A stretch of 64,000 bases of DNA. It comes from Dehalococcoidia bacterium (lineage in GTDB: Bacteria > Chloroflexota > Dehalococcoidia > Lucifugimonadales > Lucifugimonadaceae). The stretch lies in contig JAPKBN010000003.1 of NCBI GenBank assembly GCA_026421215.1, positions 45,698-109,697 on the forward strand, in the 5' to 3' direction. Of this stretch, positions 1-9,732 are shown in pieces (the first letter of the stretch is position 1; every line of letters starts with the position of its first letter). Position numbers and translations under genes: made by a program. The notes under the pieces were generated by a model. The model saw only the letters and a list, made by a program, of their open reading frames with translations, was not told the origin of the DNA and made no database searches.

Positions 1-353
1 GCATCGGCACTCCAGGCGGAGTTCGCATCTTCGGATCGGTCATGCAGGCGATCATGAACGTGATCGACCACGGCATGACTCTTCAGGAAGCGGTAGAAGC
101 ACCGCGTTTGTGGACGCAGGGCCAGGAAGTCGAGCTTGAACAAGAGTTCGGTGAGGGGCCGAGTGCCGGGATGTCCGGGCTTGGCCATCCCGTTCTGCGT
201 GTCGCCAACGTCGCCGGAGGCATGAACGGGATTTTGATTGACCATGAACGTGGCCTGATGACCGGCGCTGCTTGCTGGCGAGCCGATGGGGTCCCGGCAG
301 GCCTGAGCGGCGGCCCGGCCAACTCCAACGCCCGTTTCAACCCACTCGTTTGA
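1..353 (+). CDS. ggt: gamma-glutamyltransferase family protein, C-terminal fragment (5' end outside window)
   Basis: The frame is open from the window edge to TGA at 351-353. The tail ...VIDHGMTLQEAVEAPRLW...GILID...GAACWRADG looks like the GGT small-subunit C-terminus. Confidence 0.7.
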   Translation, partial: IGTPGGVRIFGSVMQAIMNVIDHGMTLQEAVEAPRLWTQGQEVELEQEFGEGPSAGMSGLGHPVLRVANVAGGMNGILIDHERGLMTGAACWRADGVPAGLSGGPANSNARFNPLV

Positions 354-1453
354 TGCCAATGTCGTTTGATTTTCGATGCGTCTCGTGTGGCGCAACACAA
401 CCGGCCCGGATCACCGATCTCGCCTGTGCGTCGTGTAGCTCGGCGATGGACGTGTCGTACGACGAACCGGCCGACGAATACTCGCCTCGCCTCCCACTTG
501 CCCGGATCTCAGAACGGATGTCGCTGGGAGAGGGCAACACGCCGCTGGTGGCTTTGCCGTCGATAGCTCGGTCGCTTGGCATCCAGGGACTGTGGGCCAA
601 ACTGGAGATGATGGCACCGACCGGATCGTTCAAAGACCGCGGGTCTGCCGTCCTGGTTTCTGCCGCGCTGGAGGCCGGGGTTACCGAATTCGTGGAAGAC
701 TCGTCCGGCAACGCCGGCGCATCTTTATCGGCATACGCCGCTGCTGCGGGGATTACAGCGCACGTCTTTTTCCCGGATAGCGCTGCTCAGGGTAAGGTCG
801 ATCAGATCGGAATATTCGGCGCGATCCTGCACCCGACGTCCGGCCCACGACAGGCGGCCACAGACGCCGCTGTGTCGTACGTGGCGGAGCACTCCCTGCC
901 GTATCTGTCTCACAACTTGAGCCCTTACTTCCTTGAAGGAATGAAGTCGTTCTCCTACGAGATAGCGGGTTCCGACGCCGCCTCGATCACCGACATCGTC
1001 GTCCCGGTTGGCAACGGCTCGCTATTGATCGGCATATTCAAAGGATTTGAGGAGTTGAGAGCGTCTGAACGGATCAGTTCGGCCCCGACCCTCCATGCTG
1101 TGCAGGCTTCAGCGGTGCGCCCACTAGTGGCGGCATTGAACGATCAGGAATGGGGGTTTGATGCCGAACTAAAGACCATCGCAAGTGGAATCTCCGTATC
1201 ACAACCGCCTCGCCTGCAGCAGTGCGTGGACGTGATCAGGCTATCCGACGGATCTGCGATCGCTGTTGATGACGACGCGATGCTGCGCTGGCAGCACCGA
1301 CTATCTGCTGAAGCGGGCATTTTTTGCGAGGCAACCTCCGCAGCGGCATTTGCCGGACTGGAGGGGATGGTCGCAAATGGTGCGATCCCAGAGGACGCCC
1401 GTGTGTTGATCCCGATCACCGGGTCAGGTCTGAAAGAACCACTGACGCGATGA
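353..1453 (+). CDS. thrC: threonine synthase-like PLP enzyme with N-terminal Cys4 zinc ribbon
   Basis: The ATG at 353 overlaps the upstream stop (TGATG). It has CVSCG...CASC, GNTPLV and the PLP-lysine motif SFKDRG. The track ORF starting at 272 is an over-extension. Confidence 0.8.
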   Translation: MPMSFDFRCVSCGATQPARITDLACASCSSAMDVSYDEPADEYSPRLPLARISERMSLGEGNTPLVALPSIARSLGIQGLWAKLEMMAPTGSFKDRGSAVLVSAALEAGVTEFVEDSSGNAGASLSAYAAAAGITAHVFFPDSAAQGKVDQIGIFGAILHPTSGPRQAATDAAVSYVAEHSLPYLSHNLSPYFLEGMKSFSYEIAGSDAASITDIVVPVGNGSLLIGIFKGFEELRASERISSAPTLHAVQASAVRPLVAALNDQEWGFDAELKTIASGISVSQPPRLQQCVDVIRLSDGSAIAVDDDAMLRWQHRLSAEAGIFCEATSAAAFAGLEGMVANGAIPEDARVLIPITGSGLKEPLTR

Positions 1454-1506
1454 CCTGATTGCTGCGATCGATGGACCGAAAATCAACTCGATCGCCAATC
1501 AAAACG

Positions 1507-1564
1507 AAAGGAGGCCTCATTGGAGACGACGCAACTCGGACGCACAGGCGTGCAGGTCAGTTGA
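1507..1564 (+). pseudogene. stranded SD + 14 codons resembling an aldo/keto reductase N-terminus
   Basis: AAAGGAGG sits 5 nt before TTG at 1520. The frame reads METTQLGRTGVQVS and then TGA at 1562-1564. The xxLGRTGxxVS pattern is the typical AKR start, and no AKR-like continuation is seen in any frame. Confidence 0.3.
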
Positions 1565-1721
1565 ATCACGAAGGGTGGTTTTTGCAACATATTGAGGACT
1601 CGTCAATGCGTCGTTTGGTCGGATCGTTAAGTTTGATGGGAATTCCGATAGCAGGTGCCCCGAGTTTACGCTGGCGATCCGGATGGGACCGGAGACGCTA
1701 TGGTGCTCACAGGCACCCCCG

Positions 1722-2909
1722 TCACTGCGCCCGCACCTCCTCGAGCGCTTCTCTGAAACCGTTCAGAGAACCCTCCAGCACTCGGTCCGGGACGGAGAAC
1801 GACAGCCGGAAGTAGCCCGGCCCGCCGAATCCGCTTCCCGGCACCACCAGGACCATCTTTTCCTGGAGCGTCCGTACAAACTCCACATCGTCCTCAAGCG
1901 GCGACTTCGGGAACAGGTAGAACGCTCCACCTGGCTTCACGACGTCGTAACCGATATCGGTTAGCGCGTCGTAGATGAAATCACGTTTCTTGCGGTACTC
2001 GGACACGTCCACCGTGACGTCCTGGAGCCCGGCGACCAGACGCTGCATTAGTGCCGGGGCGTTTACGAATCCTAGCGTCCGAAGTGAGAACACCATTGCC
2101 TCCATCATCTCACCCTTGTCGGGGTAGTCTGGGTTGATGGCAATGTAACCGATGCGTTCTCCGGCCAGGCCCAGATCCTTTGAGTGTGAGGAAGCGACGA
2201 TTGTCCGCGGATGATGCTTGAACACGAAGGGATAAGTTTCGTCCGTGTAGATCAACTTGCGGTAAGGCTCGTCCGTGATCAGTGCAATCTCGGTTCCAAA
2301 CCTCCGCTCTGCGTCGCCGATCCGTTTGCCGATTTCGGCAACTACAGATTCCGGATATATCACGCCGGTTGGGTTGTTCGGGGAGTTCATCATGACGGCC
2401 TTGGTACGTGGTGAGATCTTGGCCTCAAGATCGTCCATATCCGGCATGAAGCCATCCTTGAACCCCACGAGCTTGTGAACGCCGTTGTTGTGGCTTACGT
2501 AGTAAACGTACTCCACAAAGAAAGGCGTCAGGATCACCACCTCGTCGCCCGGATCCAACAGCGACCGGAGGATGGTATTTAACGAACTGCTCGCGCCGTT
2601 GGTCATGATGATGTCGCCGCCCTTCAGAGCAGCGCCGGACTCGCGTGCGAGGCTTTTCGCGACAGCGGCGCGTACTTCCGGGAATCCAGGATTCGGCATG
2701 TACCGGTGCGTGTTTGGAGCATCGTCCCGGGCTAGTTCGAGCAGTCGGTCCCTGAACTCCTGGGGCGGTTCGAGCAAGGGATTGCCGAGGCTGAGATCGA
2801 ACACGTTCTCGGCGCCATGTTCCGCCGTCAGCCGAATTCCTTCTTCAAACATCCGGCGGATCCACGATGCTCCTTCTAACTGGCCGCGTACCGCTTCAGA
2901 AACTGCCAT
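1722..2909 (-). CDS. class I/II PLP-dependent aminotransferase (aspartate/alanine aminotransferase-like)
   Basis: 395 aa ORF with the PLP-lysine motif SHSKDLGLAGERIGY and NSPNNPTG. Confidence 0.85.
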   Translation of the reverse strand: MAVSEAVRGQLEGASWIRRMFEEGIRLTAEHGAENVFDLSLGNPLLEPPQEFRDRLLELARDDAPNTHRYMPNPGFPEVRAAVAKSLARESGAALKGGDIIMTNGASSSLNTILRSLLDPGDEVVILTPFFVEYVYYVSHNNGVHKLVGFKDGFMPDMDDLEAKISPRTKAVMMNSPNNPTGVIYPESVVAEIGKRIGDAERRFGTEIALITDEPYRKLIYTDETYPFVFKHHPRTIVASSHSKDLGLAGERIGYIAINPDYPDKGEMMEAMVFSLRTLGFVNAPALMQRLVAGLQDVTVDVSEYRKKRDFIYDALTDIGYDVVKPGGAFYLFPKSPLEDDVEFVRTLQEKMVLVVPGSGFGGPGYFRLSFSVPDRVLEGSLNGFREALEEVRAQ

Positions 2910-3006
2910 CGGTGATCCTTTGCGAGGGTGACTGCGTGTTGCCGTACTTAACCGGAGCGGCGGCTATTATAAGTCTGCCAACCCAATCAACCTCAATGGA
3001 GCCAAG

Positions 3007-4014
3007 ATGCCGTCATCTCCCGGAGAATCGGGTCCGCCATTTGCCGACAGCCTGGCTCTTGTGACCGGCGGCACGGGGATGGTTGGTGGTGCAATTTCAC
3101 GCCTTCTCATAAAACGAGGAGACCGGGTGCGCGTGCTTGTGCGTAGACGATCGATTGCTGCATTGGAACTGGAAGCGCTGGGCGCTGAGATAGTCTTTGG
3201 TGATGTGACCGATATAGCGTCGATGACCGCGGCTATAGGCGGTTGCACCGATGTGTATCACTGTGCGGCGTTGGTTGATCCGTTCCACTGGGATCTGGAC
3301 GACTTCGATCGCATTAACGTGGAAGGCACTCGGAATGTTCTGGACGCGGCACTTACGTCAGGAGTCCGCCGTTTTCTCCACTTAAGTAGCATCGCAGCAC
3401 TAGGCGCAAAACCTGGACTTCGTGCCGATGAATTCACCCAACCGCACGGTCGGTGGAAGCCGGGATACGGCCGCTCAAAGTTCGAGTCAGGTGAACTGGT
3501 CGTCGCCGCGGCTGGTGAACTCCATGCCGTTACGGTCAACCCTGCGATCGTCTTTGGACCGGGAGACCGTCACTTCGTGCAGCTCATCAACGCGTTCGTT
3601 CGTGGCCGTATTCCGGTAATTGCATTCGCCAACCGACCGATGCCGCTTGTGTACGTGGACGACGTGGCCCACGGGAGTCTGTTCGCGTTGGAACGGGGAG
3701 AGAGCGGTCAGCGCTATATTCTCGCCCAACAGACGGTCACGATAGCTGAATTTTTCTTCGAGTTGGCCACTGCTTCGGGCCGTCGCCCTCCGAGGGTGCA
3801 CCTGCCGGACTGGCTGGCAATCCCCGGGGCGTTGGCATGGTCGTTCGCTTCATGGGCGAGACGAAAACGATCGCCGGTCAGCTCGCTCCAGGCTCTGCGC
3901 ATCGGGGCTGCGGAGTTCGACGGTGGGCGCGCCAGCAGAGAACTTGGGCTTGAGTACACGGACTTCCGGGGAGCAGTCGCAGCAACGGTTTCAGCATTGC
4001 TACGGGACGGCTAA
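3007..4014 (+). CDS. NAD-dependent epimerase/dehydratase (extended SDR)
   Basis: Rossmann motif VTGGTGMVGGAI near the N-terminus. At 335 aa it has typical extended-SDR length, with a YGRSK-type active-site region. Confidence 0.8.
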   Translation: MPSSPGESGPPFADSLALVTGGTGMVGGAISRLLIKRGDRVRVLVRRRSIAALELEALGAEIVFGDVTDIASMTAAIGGCTDVYHCAALVDPFHWDLDDFDRINVEGTRNVLDAALTSGVRRFLHLSSIAALGAKPGLRADEFTQPHGRWKPGYGRSKFESGELVVAAAGELHAVTVNPAIVFGPGDRHFVQLINAFVRGRIPVIAFANRPMPLVYVDDVAHGSLFALERGESGQRYILAQQTVTIAEFFFELATASGRRPPRVHLPDWLAIPGALAWSFASWARRKRSPVSSLQALRIGAAEFDGGRASRELGLEYTDFRGAVAATVSALLRDG

Positions 4015-4562
4015 CCTTTGCGGCGGAACCGCCATGGGCGTTGTTTGGCCCGTTGCTTCCCGCGTGAATCTCCGGGGTTATACCCATTGAGCCCGGGTCG
4101 CTTGGGGCGTTCAGGTTTTGCCTTCATCACGACATACGTTCCGGCGATCTTGTCGTGCCATCCCTGGCGTTTAGGGTCGAGCGAAATCCACGCCAACCCC
4201 AATCCGAGAGCTGCGCTTGCGATCAGCCTTCCAACCATCTCTCGGGGTATCGCGACCGCAACCCCCGGCACATGACCATCATCGTCCACGACGATGATGC
4301 CTGCGACCATCTTGCCCGGCGTCTGCCCTTTGATTCCGGTGAAGAGGATCAGATACCCGAGCAGGATGAAAATGTCCTGTGGCGCGGTATTTGATCCGGT
4401 AAATGCGTTGCCGCCGGTCACCCAACGTACCGTCACGATGATAATCAGAAGCAGCCCGATGTCCACAATCGCTGCGTACATACGCCGGAAGGCGTGCGCG
4501 TAAACGAACGGATACGTGGGGCGTTCCGGCGCGCTGTTATCGGATTGGGAAGCCATCACCAA
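4011..4562 (-). CDS. RDD family membrane protein
   Basis: 183 aa with hydrophobic segments and a WHDKIAGTYVV C-terminal motif typical of RDD domains. A basic tail follows. Confidence 0.65.
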   Translation of the reverse strand: MVMASQSDNSAPERPTYPFVYAHAFRRMYAAIVDIGLLLIIIVTVRWVTGGNAFTGSNTAPQDIFILLGYLILFTGIKGQTPGKMVAGIIVVDDDGHVPGVAVAIPREMVGRLIASAALGLGLAWISLDPKRQGWHDKIAGTYVVMKAKPERPKRPGLNGYNPGDSRGKQRAKQRPWRFRRKG

Positions 4563-4738
4563 GAATGATACGCGGATTCGCCGCCGACAGGCGCTTTGCG
4601 TTGACCGGCAATCGCCCCATCTTTACGATGCCTCAACAGGTCAGTTCTGGATAGTTCAGTTTTTGAACAATAGGCTAGATTCCGTGGATTCGTACTCCGG
4701 ATGGATCGGCCTCGCACATTCTTGAGAAAGGACGCTCC

Positions 4739-5506
4739 ATGCGACTAGAGAACAAGGTTGCTCTGATCACCGGCGGCGGCTCCGGCATCGGCGAGGCGTC
4801 TTCCGAGTTGTTCGCCAGAGAAGGAGCGGCGGTCGGTGTCTGCGACCTGAACGCCGATACCGCTGAATCGGTAGCTACACGTATCAAGGACGCGGGCGGC
4901 CGGGCGATCGCGTTGCAAGCGGACGTGACGAGCCGGGCCGATGTGGAAAGAGTTGTTGACGCCATTGTCGGAGAGTTCGGCGGACTGAACATACTGGTCA
5001 ACTCTGCGGGCGTATCTGATCGTGGCGCTCCCGCCGATTACGACACAGACCAGACATGGCAGTGGGTGATGGACATAAACGTGAGTGGCACACTGCTGCC
5101 TTGCCGGATAGGGGTCGAAGCGATGCGGAAATCGGGTGGCGGATCGATTATCAACCTGAGTTCGATTTACGGACTGGTTGGACGCACTGAATGGCTCGGA
5201 GACGGATTCAGCGCGTACGCACATTCCAAGGGCGCTGTGCTTCAGATCACGCGGGACCTTGCGATCAAGACGGCCCGGGAGGGTATACGGGTCAACGCAC
5301 TCTGTCCCGGCTTCGCCCACACGGCGTTGACGGCTGGACTGCGCGACAACCCGGAGCTACTGGCGCGGATGGAAGAGGCACACCCGATGGGTCGGCTCGG
5401 CGAGGCGATCGAGATCGCCAACTGCGCGCTTTTCCTGGCGTCGGATGAGGCATCTTTTGTGACCGGCACGGCGCTGAGTGTGGACGGCGGTTACACGGCT
5501 CAATGA
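4739..5506 (+). CDS. SDR family oxidoreductase (FabG-like)
   Basis: TGGGSGIG cofactor motif and a YAHSK active-site region. 255 aa. Confidence 0.85.
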   Translation: MRLENKVALITGGGSGIGEASSELFAREGAAVGVCDLNADTAESVATRIKDAGGRAIALQADVTSRADVERVVDAIVGEFGGLNILVNSAGVSDRGAPADYDTDQTWQWVMDINVSGTLLPCRIGVEAMRKSGGGSIINLSSIYGLVGRTEWLGDGFSAYAHSKGAVLQITRDLAIKTAREGIRVNALCPGFAHTALTAGLRDNPELLARMEEAHPMGRLGEAIEIANCALFLASDEASFVTGTALSVDGGYTAQ

Positions 5507-5740
5507 CCGGAATCGTCCAGGAACCGACTGCCTACCCGCCCAGTGTCGCTCGGACTCCGCAGATAATGCATCTGATTACCCCGCCATAATTTCGCCGTTA
5601 GTAGAGCGTGAATAGGTCCCCGGTGAGGCCGTCATTCAGCAGTGAGGTCCTTGGTCCCAAGCTCCTTAGGATGACGTGTCTGGTGACCGGGTTGAGTGCC
5701 TACAGCAACTTCAACTTCCCGCCGACCCACCATTGTCCAA

Positions 5741-6859
5741 CTACCCGTACGAAAACCGTGAGGCGTCAAATTCGATCGGGATCGCGTCACGGCCAACGTC
5801 ACCTGTGATCGCCCCCGCCACCATTCGGCCCATCACCGGGCTGAGGAGAATTCCCTTCTTGCCTGCGCCGTTCGCTGCAAACAGACCGTCGTAACCCGGC
5901 AATTCGCCGAGGATAGGCATCTCGTCCGACGACACCGGTCGAAGGCAGGCCGTATGTTGCACGATCTCGGCGCTCTCCAGCGAAGGCGCTAATGCAAGGA
6001 TGCCCGCCATGATCGAATCCCGGGCGGCAGACGTAGGCCTATCATCGAACCCGGCGTCTTCCTCGGTAGATCCGCCCCAGACAAGGCCGTCCGGCTTGCG
6101 TGCGATGTAGTGCCCTCCGATCGAAACCCGGTGGACGAAATCCCGTCCCGGGAATCTCAATCGGAGAATCTCACCCTTTTTGGGTTTCACCGGAAAATGG
6201 GGGAGGCCCTCACTGCCATCTCCAGACCACGGACCAGTTGCCAACACCACAGAGCCGCCGGGAATCTCTGACCCGTTCCCAAGTCGCACACCGGTCACGC
6301 GTTCTTTGTCCCTCAGCAACCCGACCACGTCACCTGGTATATGTGCACCACCGGCGCGCTCAAAAGCCGTTACAAGCGCGAGCGTGTACTTGTACGAATC
6401 GACCTCGAAATGACTCCGTTGCAACAACCCACCGGCCAGTTCACCGGTTAACGAAGGCTCCTCAGAACGGACGCCCGCTGCGTCAAGCAAATCGGCCTCA
6501 AGGTCTTCTTCGGCCTGCCAGGCAAGAGACTTCTGAAGCTTCTTGTACCCAGCCTCGTCTACAGCCAGATCGATCGACCGCACTGCTCGGAGCTCGATAT
6601 CAATCCCGGTGTCGTCTTCCAGCTCAGGTGCCAGCCGTTTATGAAGTGAAATTCCACGCTTGGCGGTCTGCAACACCGGACCTGGAATACCGGCGCCCAT
6701 CGTCGGAAACAGTCCGCCGTACGCAAAACCGCTCGCGTGGCTGGCTATCGAATCGCGCTCGATCATCGTGACGCTTACGCCGCGTTTGACCAGCTCGTAG
6801 GCAACCGAAGCTCCTGCCGCTCCAGCCCCGACGACGATCACATCCGGAGCGTTCCTCAT
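5741..6859 (-). CDS. FAD-dependent oxidoreductase (DAO/glycine oxidase-like)
   Basis: The dinucleotide fold DVIVVGAGAAGASVAYEL comes directly after MRNAP. I chose the start at 6859 because it overlaps the upstream stop as ATGA. The track ORF extends to 6913. Confidence 0.8.
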   Translation of the reverse strand: MRNAPDVIVVGAGAAGASVAYELVKRGVSVTMIERDSIASHASGFAYGGLFPTMGAGIPGPVLQTAKRGISLHKRLAPELEDDTGIDIELRAVRSIDLAVDEAGYKKLQKSLAWQAEEDLEADLLDAAGVRSEEPSLTGELAGGLLQRSHFEVDSYKYTLALVTAFERAGGAHIPGDVVGLLRDKERVTGVRLGNGSEIPGGSVVLATGPWSGDGSEGLPHFPVKPKKGEILRLRFPGRDFVHRVSIGGHYIARKPDGLVWGGSTEEDAGFDDRPTSAARDSIMAGILALAPSLESAEIVQHTACLRPVSSDEMPILGELPGYDGLFAANGAGKKGILLSPVMGRMVAGAITGDVGRDAIPIEFDASRFSYG

Positions 6860-8130
6860 ATGACACCTCGCTCTACACGTGCACCGTCCTGGTAGACATC
6901 GATCACGTCCCATAGTGCCTTTAAATCACGCGAAGGATCCCCGCCAACAATCAGCAAATCGGCCGACCTTCCGGTGGATAAACGACCGGATATATCGCCC
7001 ATGCCGATCGAGTCAGCCGCGCCGGACATGCCCGATGTTAGCGCCTCGGAAGTGGACAAACCCGCGCCCGCTAGCATCAAAACCTCATTAACGAACTCCC
7101 CCGGCGCGTAGTCGCCCCACGGAGAATCGGAGCCAGCGGTCATTCTCACCCCGGCCTCCATCATCTTGCCGCACGCCTCCATACGGTTGTCCAACCCACG
7201 CCTCCGTTGATCAAGCGCCTCTTGCATTACAGGATTATCTTCACCAGCCGATGCCACGCGCTCGGACAATCTCTCTATTCCTGCCTGAACCACGTACAAC
7301 GTCGGGTTCACCCACGCATCCGCTTCAAGAAGCCGATCCACAAGGTCCGGCCGGTATTCATATCGGCCCTGAGCGTCTTCGAAAACGCAGTGGACAATCA
7401 TGTCCACCTCGGCGTCCAGGCAGTTCTGGACGCCCTGTGCAGAGGCGCAGTGGGCGGCGGTGAGCTTGCCGAATCTATGTGCCTCATCTGTTGCTACACG
7501 TAACTCTGCGACGGAGTACGAGGGGAGTAGGGGATTCGAGGTGATTGTGCTGCCACCCGTGGCGACGATCTTGATGTAATCCGCGCCGTCTTTGATTAGT
7601 TGTCGGACCTGTTTGCGGACGCCCTCGGTCCCGTCCGCCTCACCGCCGAAGTACCACATGTGGCCACCGGTGATTGTGACCGGCCGGCCACAGAGCGTCA
7701 TCTTTGGTCCGGCCGCCAGCCCGCGATCTATGCCCTCGCGTAGCGAGAACGTCACTTGGTTCTTCGCGCCGTTCTCACGTATGGAGGTGACGCCGGAATG
7801 GAGAATAGTCCGAGCGTTCTTGATCGCCTGCATGAGCAGGATATCGTCGGACTCCTGGCCGACAACGTCAGATGGCGTACCGTCGCCTGGAGACACTAGG
7901 TGGGTATGGGCATCGACCATACCTGGGAGTATCGAGGCGTCGCCGTAATCGATTATCGTGACCTCGGCCCCGTCTGGAGCGCGGACCTCGGACCGGCTCC
8001 CAACCAGCTCAATTCTGTCCTCGTGGATCAGGACGGCGGCGTCTTCGATGCCGGGGTTGCCCTGTCCGTCCAGAACACGGGAACTGGTTAGCAGCGTGTA
8101 TCGGTTTTCTGTGGAGGGTGTGGAGGCCAT
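6856..8130 (-). CDS. metal-dependent amidohydrolase family protein
   Basis: DAHTHL metal motif, later AHC and GSDSP motifs. 424 aa. Confidence 0.8.
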   Translation of the reverse strand: MASTPSTENRYTLLTSSRVLDGQGNPGIEDAAVLIHEDRIELVGSRSEVRAPDGAEVTIIDYGDASILPGMVDAHTHLVSPGDGTPSDVVGQESDDILLMQAIKNARTILHSGVTSIRENGAKNQVTFSLREGIDRGLAAGPKMTLCGRPVTITGGHMWYFGGEADGTEGVRKQVRQLIKDGADYIKIVATGGSTITSNPLLPSYSVAELRVATDEAHRFGKLTAAHCASAQGVQNCLDAEVDMIVHCVFEDAQGRYEYRPDLVDRLLEADAWVNPTLYVVQAGIERLSERVASAGEDNPVMQEALDQRRRGLDNRMEACGKMMEAGVRMTAGSDSPWGDYAPGEFVNEVLMLAGAGLSTSEALTSGMSGAADSIGMGDISGRLSTGRSADLLIVGGDPSRDLKALWDVIDVYQDGARVERGVI

Positions 8131-8136
8131 GCGTCG

Positions 8137-8757
8137 CTACTCCAGGCTGATTCCCAATTCGTGCAGGTCAGATTCAAGTTGCTTAATAGTGGTGAACTGT
8201 AACGCCTGAATACCGGCCGCTATCGCCGACTCGATGTTCTTCTGGTTATCGTCGATGAACACGATCTGGCTAGGTTCGGCGGAGCATGCATTGATCAGAT
8301 CCCGATAGATTCGCTGATCCGGCTTCATCGATCCGACTTCAAATGACAACACCTTCGGTCCAAACAGGTCGGTCACCGGGACGGATGTACGGATCTCATC
8401 CCAGTGCGCCCCACTTGTGTTGCTACAGCAGCCGAGTTTGAACCGGGGAGCCAGCGCGCGCACGATATCAAACATCGGCTCGTACGGCGTTAAGACCGAA
8501 GTGAATACACCCCGGAACTCGTTGTCGTCCATATCTAGGCCTAGTTCAGAGCGGATCATTTCCGAGTACTCGGCCCAGGTCTGGAAACCTGATTCAAGCG
8601 GCAATTTCCGTTCGGGGGAGAACATGGCTGTATTGACCTTGTCTTCGGCCCGCCCGGTGCGCGCCGAAACGACGCGCACCGCTACCGATTCATCGACCAG
8701 CGTCAGTACCTGGCCCAAGTCGAAAATGACATGGGAGATTCCAGGTGGCAAGGCCAT
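8137..8757 (-). CDS. HAD family hydrolase (subfamily IA-like)
   Basis: VIFDLGQVL N-terminal motif and a FIDDNQKNIESA C-terminal motif. 206 aa. Confidence 0.75.
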   Translation of the reverse strand: MALPPGISHVIFDLGQVLTLVDESVAVRVVSARTGRAEDKVNTAMFSPERKLPLESGFQTWAEYSEMIRSELGLDMDDNEFRGVFTSVLTPYEPMFDIVRALAPRFKLGCCSNTSGAHWDEIRTSVPVTDLFGPKVLSFEVGSMKPDQRIYRDLINACSAEPSQIVFIDDNQKNIESAIAAGIQALQFTTIKQLESDLHELGISLE

Positions 8758-9626
8758 TAGTAGACGACCGGCATTCCTGGCGTCTGGACTTGGATGCTGT
8801 AGACAGAGGTCCGGGACGTGAACACCAGAGTCTTCCGGTCGTCGCCGATAAAGCCCAGGTTTGCCGGCAACTCGGGCGCTTCAATGACGCCGATCTTGGT
8901 GCCGTCGGGCGAGAAGACCCAGCCGCCGCCTGCGCCCGTGCAAAAGACGTTTCCTGCCTCATCTACTTTGACGCCGTCAGGTACTCCATCCACCGGGCCT
9001 TTGGACCCGTACGGAATGTCAGCGAAACGTTCGCCCTTGCCGAGCGAACCATCTGATTTCACCTCGTATACATTCAGGTAAGGGTCGGGCCGGGTATTGG
9101 ACACATATAACTTGCTGCCATCAGTTGACAGAGCCAGACCATTCGGAAATTCGTTTTCGTCTGCTTCCAGGTGCACCTCACCGTCCGGAGCAATTCGATA
9201 CACACCAGCGAAGTCAAGCTGCCGTTTTTCGGGCTTTACGGACCAGGGGGGGTCGGTGAAATATACCGTGCCATCAGGTCGTGCGATCACATCGTTCGGG
9301 GAGTTGAGCCGGAGCTTGTTCCAGCGCTCCGCGATGATCTCGATCCGGCCAGTGTCTTTATTGGTCCGTGTCAGGCGGCGATGACTACCCTCGCACATCA
9401 AGAGATTGCCGTTGTGGTCAAAGGTCAGGCCGTCTCCTGAACCGGTCTCCCTCCGAATAACCTCAGGCTCTTCACCCGGCTTCATCCGCAACAGCAGATT
9501 CGTCCGAATATCGACGAAATAGAGGTAGCCCGAGTCCCAGACCGGACCCTCCGTGAATACGAAACCGGTCGCCATCTGCTCAAACTCTGAGCCGGCTTCG
9601 ATGATGTTGCTGACGTCGCCTGCCAT
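8757..9626 (-). CDS. SMP-30/gluconolactonase/LRE family protein
   Basis: 289 aa beta-propeller-like sequence with repeated PNDV/PDG...YFTD and PNGLA motifs. Its stop overlaps the HAD start (TAATG). Confidence 0.8.
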   Translation of the reverse strand: MAGDVSNIIEAGSEFEQMATGFVFTEGPVWDSGYLYFVDIRTNLLLRMKPGEEPEVIRRETGSGDGLTFDHNGNLLMCEGSHRRLTRTNKDTGRIEIIAERWNKLRLNSPNDVIARPDGTVYFTDPPWSVKPEKRQLDFAGVYRIAPDGEVHLEADENEFPNGLALSTDGSKLYVSNTRPDPYLNVYEVKSDGSLGKGERFADIPYGSKGPVDGVPDGVKVDEAGNVFCTGAGGGWVFSPDGTKIGVIEAPELPANLGFIGDDRKTLVFTSRTSVYSIQVQTPGMPVVY

Positions 9627-9732
9627 TTATCACTCCCGTAGATGATTGTGCGGCTTAAATACGCGGCTGGCCGAACCTACTTTGAAGTGGTGTGCGTGTC
9701 AATCAATCCGGGGTGCCTGAGCGGCCAGAAAT

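Noticed and set aside
4011-4014. Convergent genes whose stop codons overlap on opposite strands (CTAA).
   Set aside because: A trivial consequence of compact gene packing, with no further structure seen.
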